Positions 25,831 to 40,304 of a DNA stretch of 64,000 nucleotides are shown piece by piece. The notes below the pieces were generated by a model. That model saw only the letters and a list, made by a program, of their open reading frames with translations. It was not told the DNA's origin and made no database searches. The stretch is from Camelus ferus (lineage: Eukaryota). Position 1 is the stretch's first letter. The number at the start of each line of letters is the position of its first letter. Both the position numbers and the translations under genes were made by a program. The stretch covers positions 62,498,001-62,562,000 of the forward strand of contig NC_045696.1 in assembly GCF_009834535.1 (NCBI RefSeq). Reading direction: 5' to 3'.

Positions 25831-27094
25831 TTTTTTAAATTGCAAACCTGCCTCAGTAGAAAATACGCTAATATAAACAGGCAATGGAAAAAGAAAAAAG
25901 GTGGATGGCTAGTAAACCTAAAAGTTCTTCACCTTTTGTATTAAATAAATGGGAATAAATCCACATTAAGATGCCATTATTTAGAATCGTTTAGTTGACG
26001 TGATTAACAGCCTAGAGTATAAAGAAGATGGATATACTCTCATACAGTTAGTGGAAGTGTCAATCAGTCAGTCTTTGTGGAAGGTTGCGTATCACTGTGT
26101 AACAAAAAGTTCTTTTAAAATATTTATACTCATAAAAAAAAATTTGTTTCAGCAATTCCACTTTCAGAAATTTACCTGCGGATTTTTTCACTTAATAGTC
26201 TATTGCAAGTATCTCCGTGTTCAATAATGTCTCAGTATTTTGAATAGCCGTGTGTGTGTGAATACACCACAATTTCTTTATCCACTTATTTGTAAATGAA
26301 CATTTAGGTTTCTTCAATGTCTTGGCTACTGTAAATAGTGCTGCCATAAACATTTATTTCCTTTTATATTTTATGACAGATAGATGCGTCAAGTTTATGT
26401 TCAAGGAATTGCCTGCCAAATAACAGTTTATCTGAAAGGGTTCTGTTGGTCATATTTTCACTTCCTACACTATAATTGGTGAGATTCAATGTAACTGATA
26501 CTTACTCTCTTAATTTATTTTTCACAGTTTTCATGGTGTTTTGAAATCCACTGTAAGAAAAAAGTTCATTGTATTTGTCTCTTCTGTGGCTAGACACTTG
26601 TTCCCTATTTTTCTCAGTGCTCCTTTGTTTGTAGTTAGTGTTACTATGAAATTCCTGTGCATGCCTCTGTTCATATGTGAGAGCTAGGGAGTGGAACAAC
26701 CAGGTGGAAGGGTATATGCATCTTCAACTTTACCAGATGTTGACAGATTGTTTTACAAAGGAATTATATCAGTATATACACTCCCACTAGCTATCTATGG
26801 GACTGTATATTTCATATCCTTTCCTATGTTAGGTTTTGTTGGACTTAAAAAATTTTGCTAATATGATGGGTTTGAAATGGTATCTTGTGATTTTAAATTT
26901 GTTTCTTAATTGCTCATGAGACTGCATATCTTTTCATGTTAACTGTCCACTCATGATTCCTCTTCTGCAAGTTACCAATTCATACTTTCTCCCTACTTTC
27001 TATTGGCCTGTTTGTCCTTTTCTTTCAGATTTGTGGAATTTTTGAAGAGATGTACTAATCTGTTAGTGAAAATCTCTCCTCCTAATCTGTGGTT

Positions 27095-27348
27095 TCTCTT
27101 CACTTATTTTTTTAATTGAAGTATAATCAGTTTACAATGTGTCAGTTTCTGTTGTACAGCATAATGTTGCAGTCATACATATACATACATATATTCATTT
27201 TCGTATTCTTTTTCATTATAGGTTACTACAAGATATTGAACAGTTTCCTGTGGTATACAGAAGAAACTTGTTATCTATTTTATATATAGTAGATAATATT
27301 TGCAAATCTTGAACTCCCAATTTATGCCTTCCCAACCTCTCTTCACTT
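27095..27348 (-). mobile_element. Truncated lineage-specific L1 3' end with perfect 11-bp TSD
   Basis: tctcttcactt at 27095-27105 and 27338-27348 flanks ttaattgaagtataatcagtttacaatg...gaactcccaattt. Confidence 0.88.
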
Positions 27349-27555
27349 TTTGTTTTCCTTACCCTAAAACTTTAACTTCTGTGACTTGAGACTTTAAATT
27401 TATTGCCTCATAAAATACCTTTATTTTGAATATATAAACATATCTTATTGTTAAAAGAAAGTTATGTTTATCTTTTATATGTAGAAATGTATGAAATAAA
27501 TGGTATTGAATGATCATACATTTGAAAATACTGTAAAATTACATATGCTGATGTA

Positions 27556-29230
27556 TTTTTTAATAGACTTTATTTTTTAGAGCAGTTTTAGGTTCACAGG
27601 AAACTTGAGCAGAAAATACAGAGAATTCCCATGTCCCCTGACCCCCCTACACTTAAAACCTCCCCCTCATTGACATCAGGCACCAGAGTGGTGCATTTGT
27701 TCTTAGTGAGAAACCTACACTGGCACATCATTATCACCCCAAACCTGTGGTTTACATTAGGGTTCACTCTTGGTGTTGTACATTCTATGGGTTTTGACAA
27801 ATGTTTGTCATGCGTTGTAGTGTTTACTGCCCTAAATATCCTCTGTGCTCTGCTGATTCATCCCTCCCTTCCCCTTAAGGCCTGTCAACCATTGATCTTT
27901 TTCATGGCATAGTTTTGCCTTTTCCAGAATGTCATATAGTTTAAATCATGCAGCATGTAGCCTTTTCAGTTTGGCATCTTTCACTTAGTAATATGCACTT
28001 AAGTTTCTTCCATGTCTTTTCATGGCTTGATAGCTCATTCCTTTTTAGCACTGAATAGTATTACATTATCTGGATGTCCCACGGTTAATTGATACACTTA
28101 CCTACTGAAGGACATATTGGTTGCTTCCAAGTTTTGGCAATTATGAATAAAGCGACTATATACATCTTTGTGCAGGTTTTTGTGTGGACGTAAATTTTCC
28201 ACTCATTTAGGTAAATACCAAGGAGCACAATTGCTGGGTTGTATGGTATGTATGTAAGAGTATGTTTAGTTTAATAAGAAACCCTCGAACTGTCTTTCAG
28301 AGTGGTTGTGCCGATTGCATTCCCAAGAGCAAAGAATGAAGAGTTCCTATTGTTCTGCCTTCTTACCAGCATTTAGTGCTGTCAGTACTCTGGAGTTTGG
28401 CCATTCTAATACTGTGTAGTGGTATCTCGTTGTTGTTTTTAAAAATTAATTAATTAATTGTGGTATAGTTAATTTAGAATAGTATATAAGTTTTAGGTGT
28501 ACAACATAAAAATTTGTAATTTTCAAGATTATAGTTATTATAAAATATTGGCTATATTCCTTATACTGTACCAGTATATCCTTGTAGCTTATTTATTTTA
28601 GACATAGTAGTTTGTATCTCTTAATACTTTACCCCTATCTTGTCCCTCCTCCCTCATTGTTGTTTTAATTTGCATTTTATTGATCATATATGATACAGAG
28701 CATCTTTCATATGTTTATTTGCCATCTGTTTATTATCTTTAATGAGGTGTCCAGATCTTAGGCCCAGTTTTTAATCAAGTTGTTTGTTTGCTCATTGTTG
28801 AGTTTTTTTTTAAATAATAAAAGAATTAATACATTTATTTTTAGAGCAGTTTTAGGTGTACAGAAAATCTGAGCAGAAAGCAGAGTTCTCATACACTTCC
28901 CCTCCCTCTTGCCTTCATTCTCTTCTGCTGTTTCCCCTATTATTTATTTTTATTTTATTTATTGATGTATAGTTGATTTACAATGTTGTGTTAGTTTCTG
29001 GTGTACAGTATAGTGATTCAGTTATATATACTTATATATATACTCTTTTTTATTATAAGTTGTTACAAACTATTGAATATAGTTCTTTGTGCTATACAGT
29101 AGTATGTTATTGTTTAACTCATTGAGTTTTAAGAGTTCATTGTATATTTTAAATAATAGTCTTTTATCAGATAAGCATGTTGCAAATATTTTCTTCTGGC
29201 CTATGGTTTGTCTTTTTATTCTCTTCAGTA
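27556..29230 (-). mobile_element. L1MC1/2-like 3' region, antisense, with two nested insertions (about 28440-28652 and 28803-29117)
   Basis: Diagnostic end aatagactttattttttagagcagttttaggttcacag. First nested L1 is flanked by ctcgttgttgtttt (28426-28439) and ctcattgttgtttt (28653-28666). Confidence 0.85.
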
Positions 29231-30351
29231 TTTACTTTTAAATAAATGGCAGGCATTTTTCTAATTAATTGATTAGTGTTCTAACTTAAGAAATCTGGAC
29301 TGTGGTGTAGCCCACCAAATAAAATAAGGCAGAATCAATAAAAGTTTAAATCAATAAATTCCAACCAAAGCTAGCTACAAAAAGAACAAAGTTTGAGCCC
29401 TTTAAGTTCTAAATTTAAATATATGTAAAACTCCCCTCTATGGAATATAATAAAAATCATATTTATTCAGCTGTTTCTTTACTGTTTATGTTGCTGAAGC
29501 AGTTTCTTTCCATTCCTCAGTATATTTCAGCCTATTTCAGCCCTGAATATTTTTTCTTAAATATTTATAATTGAATCTCCTTCCATCACTCTGTATCCTC
29601 TTATTCTGCTTTTTTTTTTAAAAAAAGCCTGATAATATGTGTACATATTTGTTTATATATATATTTTTACTAATTGTCTTCATCCCATTTAAATGTCTTT
29701 ATTGTCTTAATCCCATTTAGATTCCATGAGAGCATTGTTTTGTTTACTGCTGTAGCGTAAGTCCCTTGTGTAGTGTCTGGCACCCAATAAATGCTGAAGA
29801 AATATTTTTGAATAAATAAAAAATTACTTATATTTACTATACAAAGCTTAAAAAAGTTAACTGCTGATTTCAAAGACAGTCCTTATGGCCTTAATTTGTT
29901 GCTGTCTGCAAGATTGATTTTACAGTGACTTCTTACAGCTCAAAAGGGCTTAAATCTCTGCTCAATACTAACTACTACTCAGAATTTCAAATTTCATATT
30001 CTGAGCAGCAAGTTATGCTACCTTAATTGAGTATGCTAGTCCTTATTTTTAAGTCAACTATAGATTTTTAAGTGGTTGGTCATCAGGTCTCTGTGGTATG
30101 TGATGTAATCCTTTACAAGACTCAGCTTTAAAACAAATTTTGGCATCCATTACGAATTTTAATGCAACATAACTACATTAATTATTTGTAAATTTCTCAA
30201 TGATGTGGCCTAGAAATTTGGAATTGGTTACTACTAGGAATATGCCAGTCACAGGCAACAGATTATAGATTACAGATTACCAAAGAAAAAACTAAATAAA
30301 GTGTATATGTCTTTTGATGTGAAGAAATTCTTTTAATTTATTTTCTTCCAA

Positions 30352-30790
30352 TTTTTTTATGGTGGTAAAACACATGTAGCATAAAATGTACTATCTTAAC
30401 CATTTTAAAGTGTTCATGTCAGTGGTATTAAATACACTTATATTGTTGTGCAACTGTTATCACTATCCATCTCCAGAATTCTTTTCATCTTCCAAAAATG
30501 AAATGCTGTACCCATTAAATAATAACTCCCCATTTCCTCCTCCCCTCAGTCCCTGGAAACTACCATTTTACTTTCTGTCTCTATGGTTTTGACTACTCCA
30601 AGAGTCTCACGTAAGTGGAATCATAGAATAATTTTTTTTAATGTATCTAGCTTATTTCATTTAACATAATGTCCCCAGGTTTCATCCATGTCATAGCATG
30701 GGTCATAATTTCTTTCCTTTTTAAAGCTGGATAATATTCCATTGTCAGTACATTCCACATTTTGCTTATCCATTTGTTGATGGACACTGC
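30352..30790 (-). mobile_element. L1MA/MB-like 3' end, antisense
   Basis: gtggtaaaacacat...catctccagaattcttttcatctt...cattaaataataactccccattt...ttttaaagctggataatattccattg. Confidence 0.8.
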
Positions 30791-32594
30791 AGTATTTGCT
30801 CCTAGTGTATCCAGATGATGGGTGCTCCCTTAACAGTTGCCTTGAAGGGAGAGCCCTTGTCCCTTAAAAGAGTGTGGTTTTATTCTTGTAGGTTTAAATA
30901 TTATAGCTTCATCAGAATATAACACAGTCACATGTCTGTACAATAAGTACAACCATTTAGTGTTGAGCTGTTTCCTTAAGAAACATGCTTTTTACTTTTC
31001 TTCATCAATGTTGGAAACAATAATAGTTTAGGTTAGTCCTAGAATTTTGAGACTAAGGATAACTTCTGTTCCCAATGCATTAACATACATATGATTTCTT
31101 TTTATTATAAAATATATATGTGTTATATATTTTATATAAAATATATAAATATTCTGTGTTACAGTGTACTTCTGTTTTTGCCCTTGAAGGTGGTGATTTC
31201 CTTTGGCTGACTGTGTTAGTCGCTTGGGAGCTTATTAAAATTATACATACCTTTTACTTTATACATATCATATGTGTATAATCTTTCAACTTGCTTTTTT
31301 ACTCATCAGTATGTGGGGTTTTTTTTTTAATGTTAACTTTTAAAAGAATTGAAGTATAGTTGATTTACAATGTTGTGTTAGTTTCAGGTGTATAGCAGAG
31401 TGATTCAGCTATACTTACCATATGTTTTAATGATCTATGCTTGTTAATACATACAGAGTTCTTGATTATTCTGAACTAGTAAACAGTGTTCCAGATTGTG
31501 ACTATTCCACAGTTCATTAAAGATTTCTCAGTTGAGGGTCATTTAGATTGTTTCCAGTTTTATTTATTTCTTGCTGTTATTCAAAAATATAATACTGAGC
31601 ATCTTTGTATATAAACTTTTTTCTTGTTACCCTCACTGTTTCCTTAGGACAAGTTCCTGATTGATGAATAATTAGATCAAACATCAAAAAATGAAAAATA
31701 AAAAACTTTAAAAAATTACACGTATTTCAACTGTGCAGATTAAGATTATGTCAGAATGTGGAATAAGGATCCAGGAGTACGTATTTTGACATGCTTGTTA
31801 TTTGGTCAGAGATAAGTGTGGTTACCAGTATTCCAGGAGACTTTCTTACTGGCACCTTTATATATTCTAAATTTTAGATACACATGTATCTTCATTCCTT
31901 ATGGCATTAAATGAATACAAAAAAATAGACCTGTCAGCAGTTATTTTGAGACTTAAATAGAATTCCTTTATAAATCAGTTGTTAAACACAGATTTAGATA
32001 GGCTATAGATTACACCATAAGACAAGTAAGATTTATGTCAAGCCATAAGTCTGTAAAAGTTTAAATAGTAGTTTGTGTTTCTTTCCCCTTGAATTGTGTT
32101 AAACACAAAATACCTTGAATTTATATGGTGTCTTGGTTTGTACATTACATGAAAGTGTTACATTAGCAGTTTTATGGAGGTAAATACATTATCATTATAT
32201 GTATTGGTTTATTCTCTCAGTTAAGTCTAAGTTTGATGTCTTAGAATGACTTATTTCCTTTAATTTAGTTGGTAATATTAGGTATCACCAGGAATGTGTA
32301 ACTCAGGTGCAATAGATCAATCGGGTGTTTAATGAACATCCACTGTATTGTAGCCATTGTAAATCAACAGATTAGAGCTAATGATGAACTATGGTATATG
32401 AATAAATACTCAGCTTAAATACACAAATTGCCAGAATTGTACAGTCTCTTATATTGTGTGGTCTTCTTTAGAGTATAAGGATGGTTAAACAGGAGGATGA
32501 GGACTTACTGATAGAAAATAAAATTTGAGGTATAAAGATTCTGGGCTCTTCAGCAATATAGTTAATATGATTGCATTAAAATCACTGTAGCTAG

Positions 32595-33340
32595 GAGAGG
32601 GTGTGGAGAAAAGGGAACCCTCCTACACTGCTGGTGGGAATGTAAATTGATGCAGCCACTATGGAGAACAGCATGGAAGTTCCTTAAAAAACTAAAAATA
32701 GACTTACCATATGATCCAGCAATCCCACTCCTGGGCACATATCTAGAAAAGACAAACACTCTAATTCAAAACAGTACACCCCAGAGTTCATAGCAGCAGT
32801 ATTTATGGTAGTCAAGACATGGAAGCAGCCTAAGTATCCATCAACAGATGAATGGATAAATAAATAAATATATATATATACACACACACATATACATACA
32901 CACAGTGGACTATTACTCAGCCATCAAAAAGAATGCAGTATTGCCATTTGCAGCAACATGAATGGACCTGGAGATTATCATACTGAGTAAAGTCAACCAG
33001 AGAGAAATATTATATATCACTTATGTGTGGAATCTAAAAAATAATACAAATTAACTTATTTATAAAACAGAAATAGACTCACAGACATAGAAAACAAACT
33101 ATGGTTATGAAATGGGAAGGTGAGGGATAAATTAGAGGAGAATAGATTAACAGCTACATACCACTATATATAAAATAGATAAACAACAAGAATTTACTGC
33201 ATTAGCACAGGGAACTGTTCAATATCTTGTAATCTAGAATAGAAAAGGATTGAAAAAATACGTGTAACTGAATCACTTTGCTGTACGCATGAAATTAACG
33301 CAATATTGTAAGTCAACTATACTTCAGTTAAAAAGAAATA
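32595..33340 (+). mobile_element. Lineage-specific L1 3' end
   Basis: gagagggtgtggagaaaagggaaccctcctacactg...ccatatgatccagcaatcccactcctgggc...aactatacttcagttaaaaag; tgtagctag at 32586-32594 and 33347-33355 is a probable TSD core. Confidence 0.92.
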
Positions 33341-34029
33341 GGTTGTTGTAGCTAGATTATTTAAACAAAGATAACCTAGACTTCCAGTTTTATTCACTGC
33401 TGAAAGGCAAGATTAGCAAATTTGTGGGACAGAATTCTAATCCATATCTAAGCAGTTAATGAAATTAATTTTAAATTATTGGTCTTGTGTATATGTGTTG
33501 TTTTTAATTTTGAGAATTTATTAGCAAAGGGTATCAAAATGAACCATAGAGTTGGAGTGCAATATAGCCTAATTTTATAGGAAGACAAGAAAGCCAGGAG
33601 AGTTAGAACAGCAGTCATTGTATTTGTAGGAGTTAGATTGTGTTTGATGTTATGAGTGGCAAGAACTTTTGCCCTGGACTTTCTGAGAAAGAATATGAAG
33701 GTTTCTTTCTCATGTAATTAATTAGCTTTAGTTTCTAGGAAGGGATTCAGAATGGAGAAGAGTAGTGGGGAACCTAGCTGCTTGTCTTCCTTGTTTATTG
33801 TTAATATGCATTTTTAGAGTTTCTAATTGGAAAAATTTTTTTCTCAAAGTCAGATGGTTTATATTCCTAGAAAATTTCCAGACTTCTATTTTAAAATATT
33901 AAATTAATCCCTCTGTAGGAGCACACCCTTGGTTCATCAGAACATCAGGCAAGAATTGTTTTGCAACATTTAAAAAATTATTATCTAACCATTTTGACTT
34001 GTCTTAAATTTGGTGTTTATTGTCAACCC

Positions 34030-34620
34030 TTATCTTATTTGCTCTGTGAAGCTTTTGAGATAGTTGATCACTCCTTCCTCCTTGATACATTTTGTCACTT
34101 GCCTTCTATACCACACTCTCTTGGTTTCCCTCTTAACTCATTTAGTTGCTTCTTTTCAGTTTCTTTTGATATTTCCCCTTGTTCTCCTGATCTTTAGTAT
34201 CAGAGTGTCCCAGATCTCAGTCCTTAATTCTCTTTTCTATCTTCACTTTTGTTTAATAATGTCCAGTGGCATGACTATATGTACTATACCCATGATTCCT
34301 AAACTTATACCCCCAGCTCAGAGTTCTAAAATCCAGATTCATAATCATCCACCTGTTTGATGTCACTACTTGTATATTTAATAAATACTTCAGAGTCAAG
34401 TCTAAAACTGAACTCCAGATTGCTTCTATCCAAACCTGTTCTGCCCATAGTCTTCTCCAGTTAGTCGGTTGTAACTTTATCCTTTTGGCTGCTGTAGCCA
34501 AAAACGTTGAATCCATTCTTGATTACACATCTACCTGCTCACTGCTGTACTCGTGCATGCATGTGCTCACACTCCACATCCTGTCCATGAAGAAATCCTC
34601 TTTAGTTTAAGCCACCTTCC
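34030..34620 (+). mobile_element. L2 fragment
   Basis: ttgatcactccttcctccttgatac...tgtctaaaactgaactcc-like...ccaaaaacgttgaatccattcttgatt, CT-rich sense L2 text. Confidence 0.65.
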
Positions 34621-37600
34621 AGATTCTATATTACTCTACATTTTAGAGTATTATTTATTTTTAAAAAAATCTTATTTCTCTCAACCTTAAAAGAATTCAT
34701 AGGTACCATAGTAGTTTGATAAAGGCATATAGACTCATCCTTGTATGTGGAAAGAACCCTTTTTTGTTATTTTATTGTAAATCTAGTTTTGAGGTTTATG
34801 CAATTATTTATGTTCTTTTTTTCTTTTATTTTCTCTGAAGACTTTTAAAGTAACACCTATGTTAGACTGGAGAGGTCATGGCAGTTTATAATAACTAAAG
34901 TCTGGAATTGGAATTGAAATTGGAAATTTACACATAAAAACATGCACACTGAGATGCAGGAATAATCATCATGAGTGGCCCTGGGCCCAGATTACATAAT
35001 TGTTTTAAATGCTACATCTATCTATCCATCTTGTAAACAGATGTTTTACTTGGTAGCTAATGGAACTAGGGATATATAGCTAAAGGAATCATAGTCTCTG
35101 CTCAAGGCCTCTGAGTTTAGCATCTAGACCAATAATTAAATTATCATTTTAAGTGACAAGTGCTCTGTTTGAAGTGAGCATAGGGCGCTTTGTGGAGGAT
35201 GTAGTGGTGGTGAGGTGCTTATTCCACTGAGGAGTTGAAGGAGCTTCAGTGTCACAAGTTTACTATCCAAAGATTATTTATAGCGTGAACATCATCTTAA
35301 CCCTGAGCCTATTTATTAGGCTTTTAAATTTGTATTCTTCTGCATCCTGTTTACAGATCTTGTAAAATTGTAGAGCTTTAGTGGAGATAAAATACTATGA
35401 GAAATGCTGTTCTAAATACAGCTGCTCTACTTTCATTAAACCATTCTGACATTTCAGCAGCTTGCTAAGGTTTCTTCCAATTCAAGATTCTAGGGTTGTT
35501 GCTTATTTCCTCTTAATATTTTTTTCTGTTTATAATTTCCTATTACTATTTTACAGTCTTAATGTAACAAAGGTGCCATGCTAATTGTAAAACACAATGA
35601 AGATGTAAGGAAAATTTATGGTCATTATGTATTAAAGTGAATTTTTTTGTAATGGAGGAATCTGGAAAAATAATTGATGTGATTTGTCCAACTGTCTCTG
35701 ATGTGTCATGGAGAGGAAGGCCCAATATGTAGTTACCTTACATATCTGCTCTGATTTGCAGGATATCCAGTTACTTAAGTACCACTTCCAGTTCCTGAAA
35801 AGGGTAATTGGGAAACAGCCATGAAAGGGGGAGTATGGCAGGTCTCTGCTTATGTTTGACAATCTGGGCCTCATCTTAGATGTCCTAGCATCTTGCTTCT
35901 TTCTCTCATTTTGAGTCTGCTGATAGTCTCATCTTATTTGAAATCCTTGGTCATCCTGACAGTATTATTAGACACAGTGTTCTTTTCTCACGGAAATCTC
36001 TCCCCTCTAGTATGAACCATGAAGGTTACAGAGCTTCTTCTCCCTACAGGTATTGCCTGTGACACTTCACTGCTATGGAAAGCATTGCAGTTTAACTGCT
36101 TTGATCGAACATTTGATTTTAGTCCTCTAAACAGTAATAGTAACTGCTTTATCTTCCTATTATGTCAAAATCTACTACAGTGATAAAAGTTCTTGGGACT
36201 GGATTAACTTTGTACAAAGTCAACTTAAAAAAGATTTTTCTTTAAGTAGACCTGGCTGAGTTTTTTGTGATTTCAAAACAGAAATACTTTTCATCTTAAG
36301 CTTTTATTTATTTGGGCCCAGTTGAAGGCAACATTATATAGTCTGTAAATTTATAGGATTTTTTTTTCCTTAATCCTCTTTTTTTGCTCTCATGGAAGTG
36401 ACTTTACCCTTCTTTAGATGCTTTCATTCTAGCTTTACATCCTCCATTGTGAAAACTGGAAGAGACTGTTAACCAGTCATGTATCACTTAGTGATCCCAA
36501 CATAATAGATAGGTAATCTCTTCTTCCACCACTTTCTTCTGTGGCACAGTAGAAAGCTGTTAACTCCTACTGTAATTATAGTGCCATTTCACTTGCTTGA
36601 ATGTGCTAAATACCTGGACAAGAAATTCAGTCTGTTAGAGGAGAAGGGTGAAATGGAAATAACAGCTTTCTAAACTAGTATTGATTTTTTGTGAGGGAAA
36701 CATATAAAATAATTTCCTATCTGATCAAAATAAAACATTACTAGTATTTCCTTAGACTAGTTGCCTGTAAATAGTGAATATTTGCCACTGCACATGGTAA
36801 AAAAATAACTTTGTGTGTAGTTCCTATCTTTTATGCAGAGCAAATTCTGGGAGTGACTACTGAAACCACACTTCTGTTAAGAAGGGAATCTGGAGCCCTA
36901 GCATCGGAAGATCCTGAACATCTCCCCTTCTCCCACCCCCTATTTTCTATGTAAGATGATCCGGATAATATTTTAACAGTTACCTTTTTTTATGATGACC
37001 TTTGACTCATAGGGTTATTGACACCTTAGTAATGACTTGAGAGTGTGGTGTTCATTCACTTGGACCTAGAGGTTGCATCTGGACCTTGGGGTGTAGTTTG
37101 GTTGCCTTTTCCATTGCACTCTGGCCCCAGTGATTTTACTTGGGATGCTGTGTATCGACAGGGGAGAACTTGAGAGGAGAGGAGGGAGGTACATGTTCCT
37201 TTAACAACCTTTTAAAAAAGTTCCTTTTTTTCTCTGAGAAATGGCAAAATAATGTTTATAATCTTTAAAAATGAAATGTAATGGAGCTCACTAAGAATGT
37301 GTGGACAGAAGATGTAATTTTTCCCCTGAAATGTTAAGCTGAACAAAAAAACCTAAAAAAAATTCACTATTTTCACCTATGTTCATCATCTTGTCTTTTA
37401 AGAAGTATGTAGAGGAGACTTTTGAAAGGGACGAATGAAACTTAATAATACAAATTTGATGAGGCTTTTCAGGGCTTATATGCTCTTTTTTTTCTCTAAC
37501 TGTTGAAAGCACAAGTGCAGGCCTGAAAGAAATCTTGCTTGAGATAAGATAATCGAATCCAGGTTCTAGTTTTCCTTTGAATGCTTATTCCAGAATAATA

Positions 37601-38652
37601 GAATGTGATGGTCTGGAAGTGATATTAAGGATGGTCCAGTCCATTCCTCACTTTTTATGGATGAGAGAACTGAGGTCTGAAGAGATTAAATGATCTTTTC
37701 AGGGTAGAGAGACTAAAATTTTGGTTTCCATTTCTAGTCTGTCTTTCCACTATTTTATTTTCTATCATAGGATTGGATCTTACCAGATTTGCTTAGTATT
37801 AGTAGACCAATCTGAGCGAATAGGAACAGTTACAACATTTCTAACATAATATTTGGAGAATGTCCTTTTAATTTAAAAGTGGCTTATTATTGTGTAATAA
37901 ATATACATTCAGAGCCTTCACTCCCTGTGGTGCTGGTTGCAGTGTTGGTTCTCCTCTGTTTGTAGTCTCTTAAAGGAGTCAGACAGAATCGACCTTGATA
38001 ACCCTGGAAAACCTAGTGGATTTTTAATAATACTTTATCATATATAGCCCTGTGGCTAGATTGAAGTTATGAAGAAATTAGAAGACTCCAGTGTGTATTT
38101 GACATATAATTTTTGTAAGAGAACAAAGGTGTTGAAGTGTTTTCTCTTAAAGCAGTTTGGACGTGCTGTTTTATCTTCTGATCATAGGCTGATTGTAACT
38201 TTTTTTTTGCTTCCTTTTAAACCACTTTAAATTCTTGTTGGAAGTATGTGATAACTTAATCTTATTGTTTTCTTCCCTTTTTGCCCTGTAAAATGAACAT
38301 GAAAAGAGATTGTATATTTTGAAACTATAGATAATTATAGCTGATATTAATTGCTTACTTACTATCAGGCACTGTGCTAAGGTTTTTATATGTATTTTAA
38401 AATTTAATGTCATACATCTCTATAGGAGATACTGTTATTGTTATCTGTGTTTCCTAAACTGAATCGAAACACAAAAAAGTTATTCAATATTACATGGCTA
38501 GTAAGAAGTGAAATACGGATTCAAAACAGGAAGTTTTTTTAAAACCCCATTCCATTGTCTCTCAATATAAAAAGATGTTACAGAGTCTCAACTATAAAGG
38601 TCTCAGAACTTACTGAACAAAATAAGATGTGGCTATTCACATTACAAAATTA

Positions 38653-38794
38653 GGGGGGAGGGTATAGCTCAGTGGTAGAGTGCATACATAGCATGCACAA
38701 GGTTCTGGGTTCAGTCCCCAGTGCCTCCACTTAAAAAATAAATAAACCTAATTACTACCCCCTGCCCCAACCAAAACCAAACCAAAACAAAAAA
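38653..38794 (+). mobile_element. tRNA-derived SINE resembling camelid Vic-1
   Basis: ggggagggtatagctcagtggtagag (A-box)...ctgggttcagtccccagt (B-box), then aaataaataaacctaattac and a CAAAA-type tail; no intact cloverleaf. Confidence 0.8.
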
Positions 38795-39962
38795 TGATCT
38801 GTTGAAGGATTTCTCTTTTTCAAAAGCAGGTTTCCAGGGTGTGTACTCTCTGTGTTCTCTGGTCAATAACCCAGAGGAAGCATCTCATTATATGGGGAGT
38901 TTTGGTCATCTAGCTTTGCCAGTTGTCGAGTTATAGGGCTGCTCTTGGGTCAGTGGGCTATCCCTGATCCTGTCATTGTCCTTTCTTTATAAAGAATAGC
39001 CCAGCAGTGCCCACAGTGGATAAAACTGCTGAGCTGAAAGAGTTGGTTGGGGATGGTAGGTCATGATAGTCATATAGGCAACTCCTCTGAGTGTTTAAAT
39101 GGTTATTCCATTTATATGTGACTTCAAGGAATGCATCTATTACATAAAACAAGGAACATAGGTGTTAGTTTCAAAATCTGTACATTATAGTTTGAGTATT
39201 TATTTGATCTCTTTCATAATTCTTTAGGAGGTAGTTATGACTTAGAGCCTCACATCCATCTTTAAAGATTTAAGCATGTTTATGTGCTTATAAGTGATCT
39301 TGAATATCCTATAGTTGCATTTTAGATTGCATCGTCCTGTGACCTAGTCTTAGATTATCAATTCCATTTTAAGCATTTTGCCAAAGTTGAAGTAGAAGCA
39401 GTTTTTTTTTAAAGCATCTCAAGTGGATGGTAGAATAATTCTTTATCACACTTCCTGTTTCTTTCAAATATTTTTCTTTTATAAAGAAAATGTAATGCTC
39501 ATGTTACACATATTATTTAGCTTACCATGTTTATGGATAATCTTATAAAGACAGTGGTTTAAAAGTTTATTTCTTCTAGGAGTATGCAATTATCCTGATG
39601 GGGAGAGTTCTATTTTTGTGCTTTTCATAGAGCTTCATTTAATTTGTAGCCAAAAGTGATCACCATGTGATTAGAAGTGTCTCAGTGTTAATACTTGCTG
39701 CTAGATTTTTTCCTGTTCCAGTTTTATGTTTTTATTTTTGGTTAACTATTTTAGAGCTGATTATGAAAAACTGTGATGCATAAATAGATAAAAGAATAAA
39801 GATGTTATTATTAAAAATAAAGTGGTTCTTTCCCTGAAATCTGGACTTACTCCACTTCTTAGGGTATAACCAACCAGAGCTGAGTCCTAAAGATTATTTT
39901 CTTGTATGTAATTCATATATGAAAAAGTATTTTCATCTATGTTAATATTTGGTATTCATAAT

Positions 39963-40304
39963 AAGGAGCCAGTAAACTTTTCCCATAAAGGGCCAGATAG
40001 TAGTAAATATTTTAAGCTTTGTAGGCCATATGGTCTTTCTTCCAGCTACTCAACTCTGTCATGAGAGCGTGAAAGCTGACTTAGACAAAATGTAAATGGA
40101 TGAGCTTGATTGTGTTTCCATAAAACTTTATCGATGGACACAGGAATTTGATTTTCATGTAATTTTCATGTATCATCAAACATTATTCTCCTTTTGATTT
40201 CTTTCAACCATCTAAAAGTATAAAAACAATTTTTAGTTCATGGACTGTGCAAAAACAGGCTATGGGCCTGACTTGCCTGACAGGCTGTCATTTGCTGACT
40301 CCTG
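39963..40304. mobile_element. MER58B-like hAT-Charlie MITE, full length
   Basis: TIRs aaggagccagtaaa and tttgctgactcctg (11/14); 8-bp flanks ttcataat / ctcatact (6/8); core taaagggccagatagt...gtaggccatatggtc. Confidence 0.85.

Noticed and set aside
38653..38730. Functional tRNA gene
   Set aside because: Stems are mismatched and it runs into a SINE body and A-rich tail.
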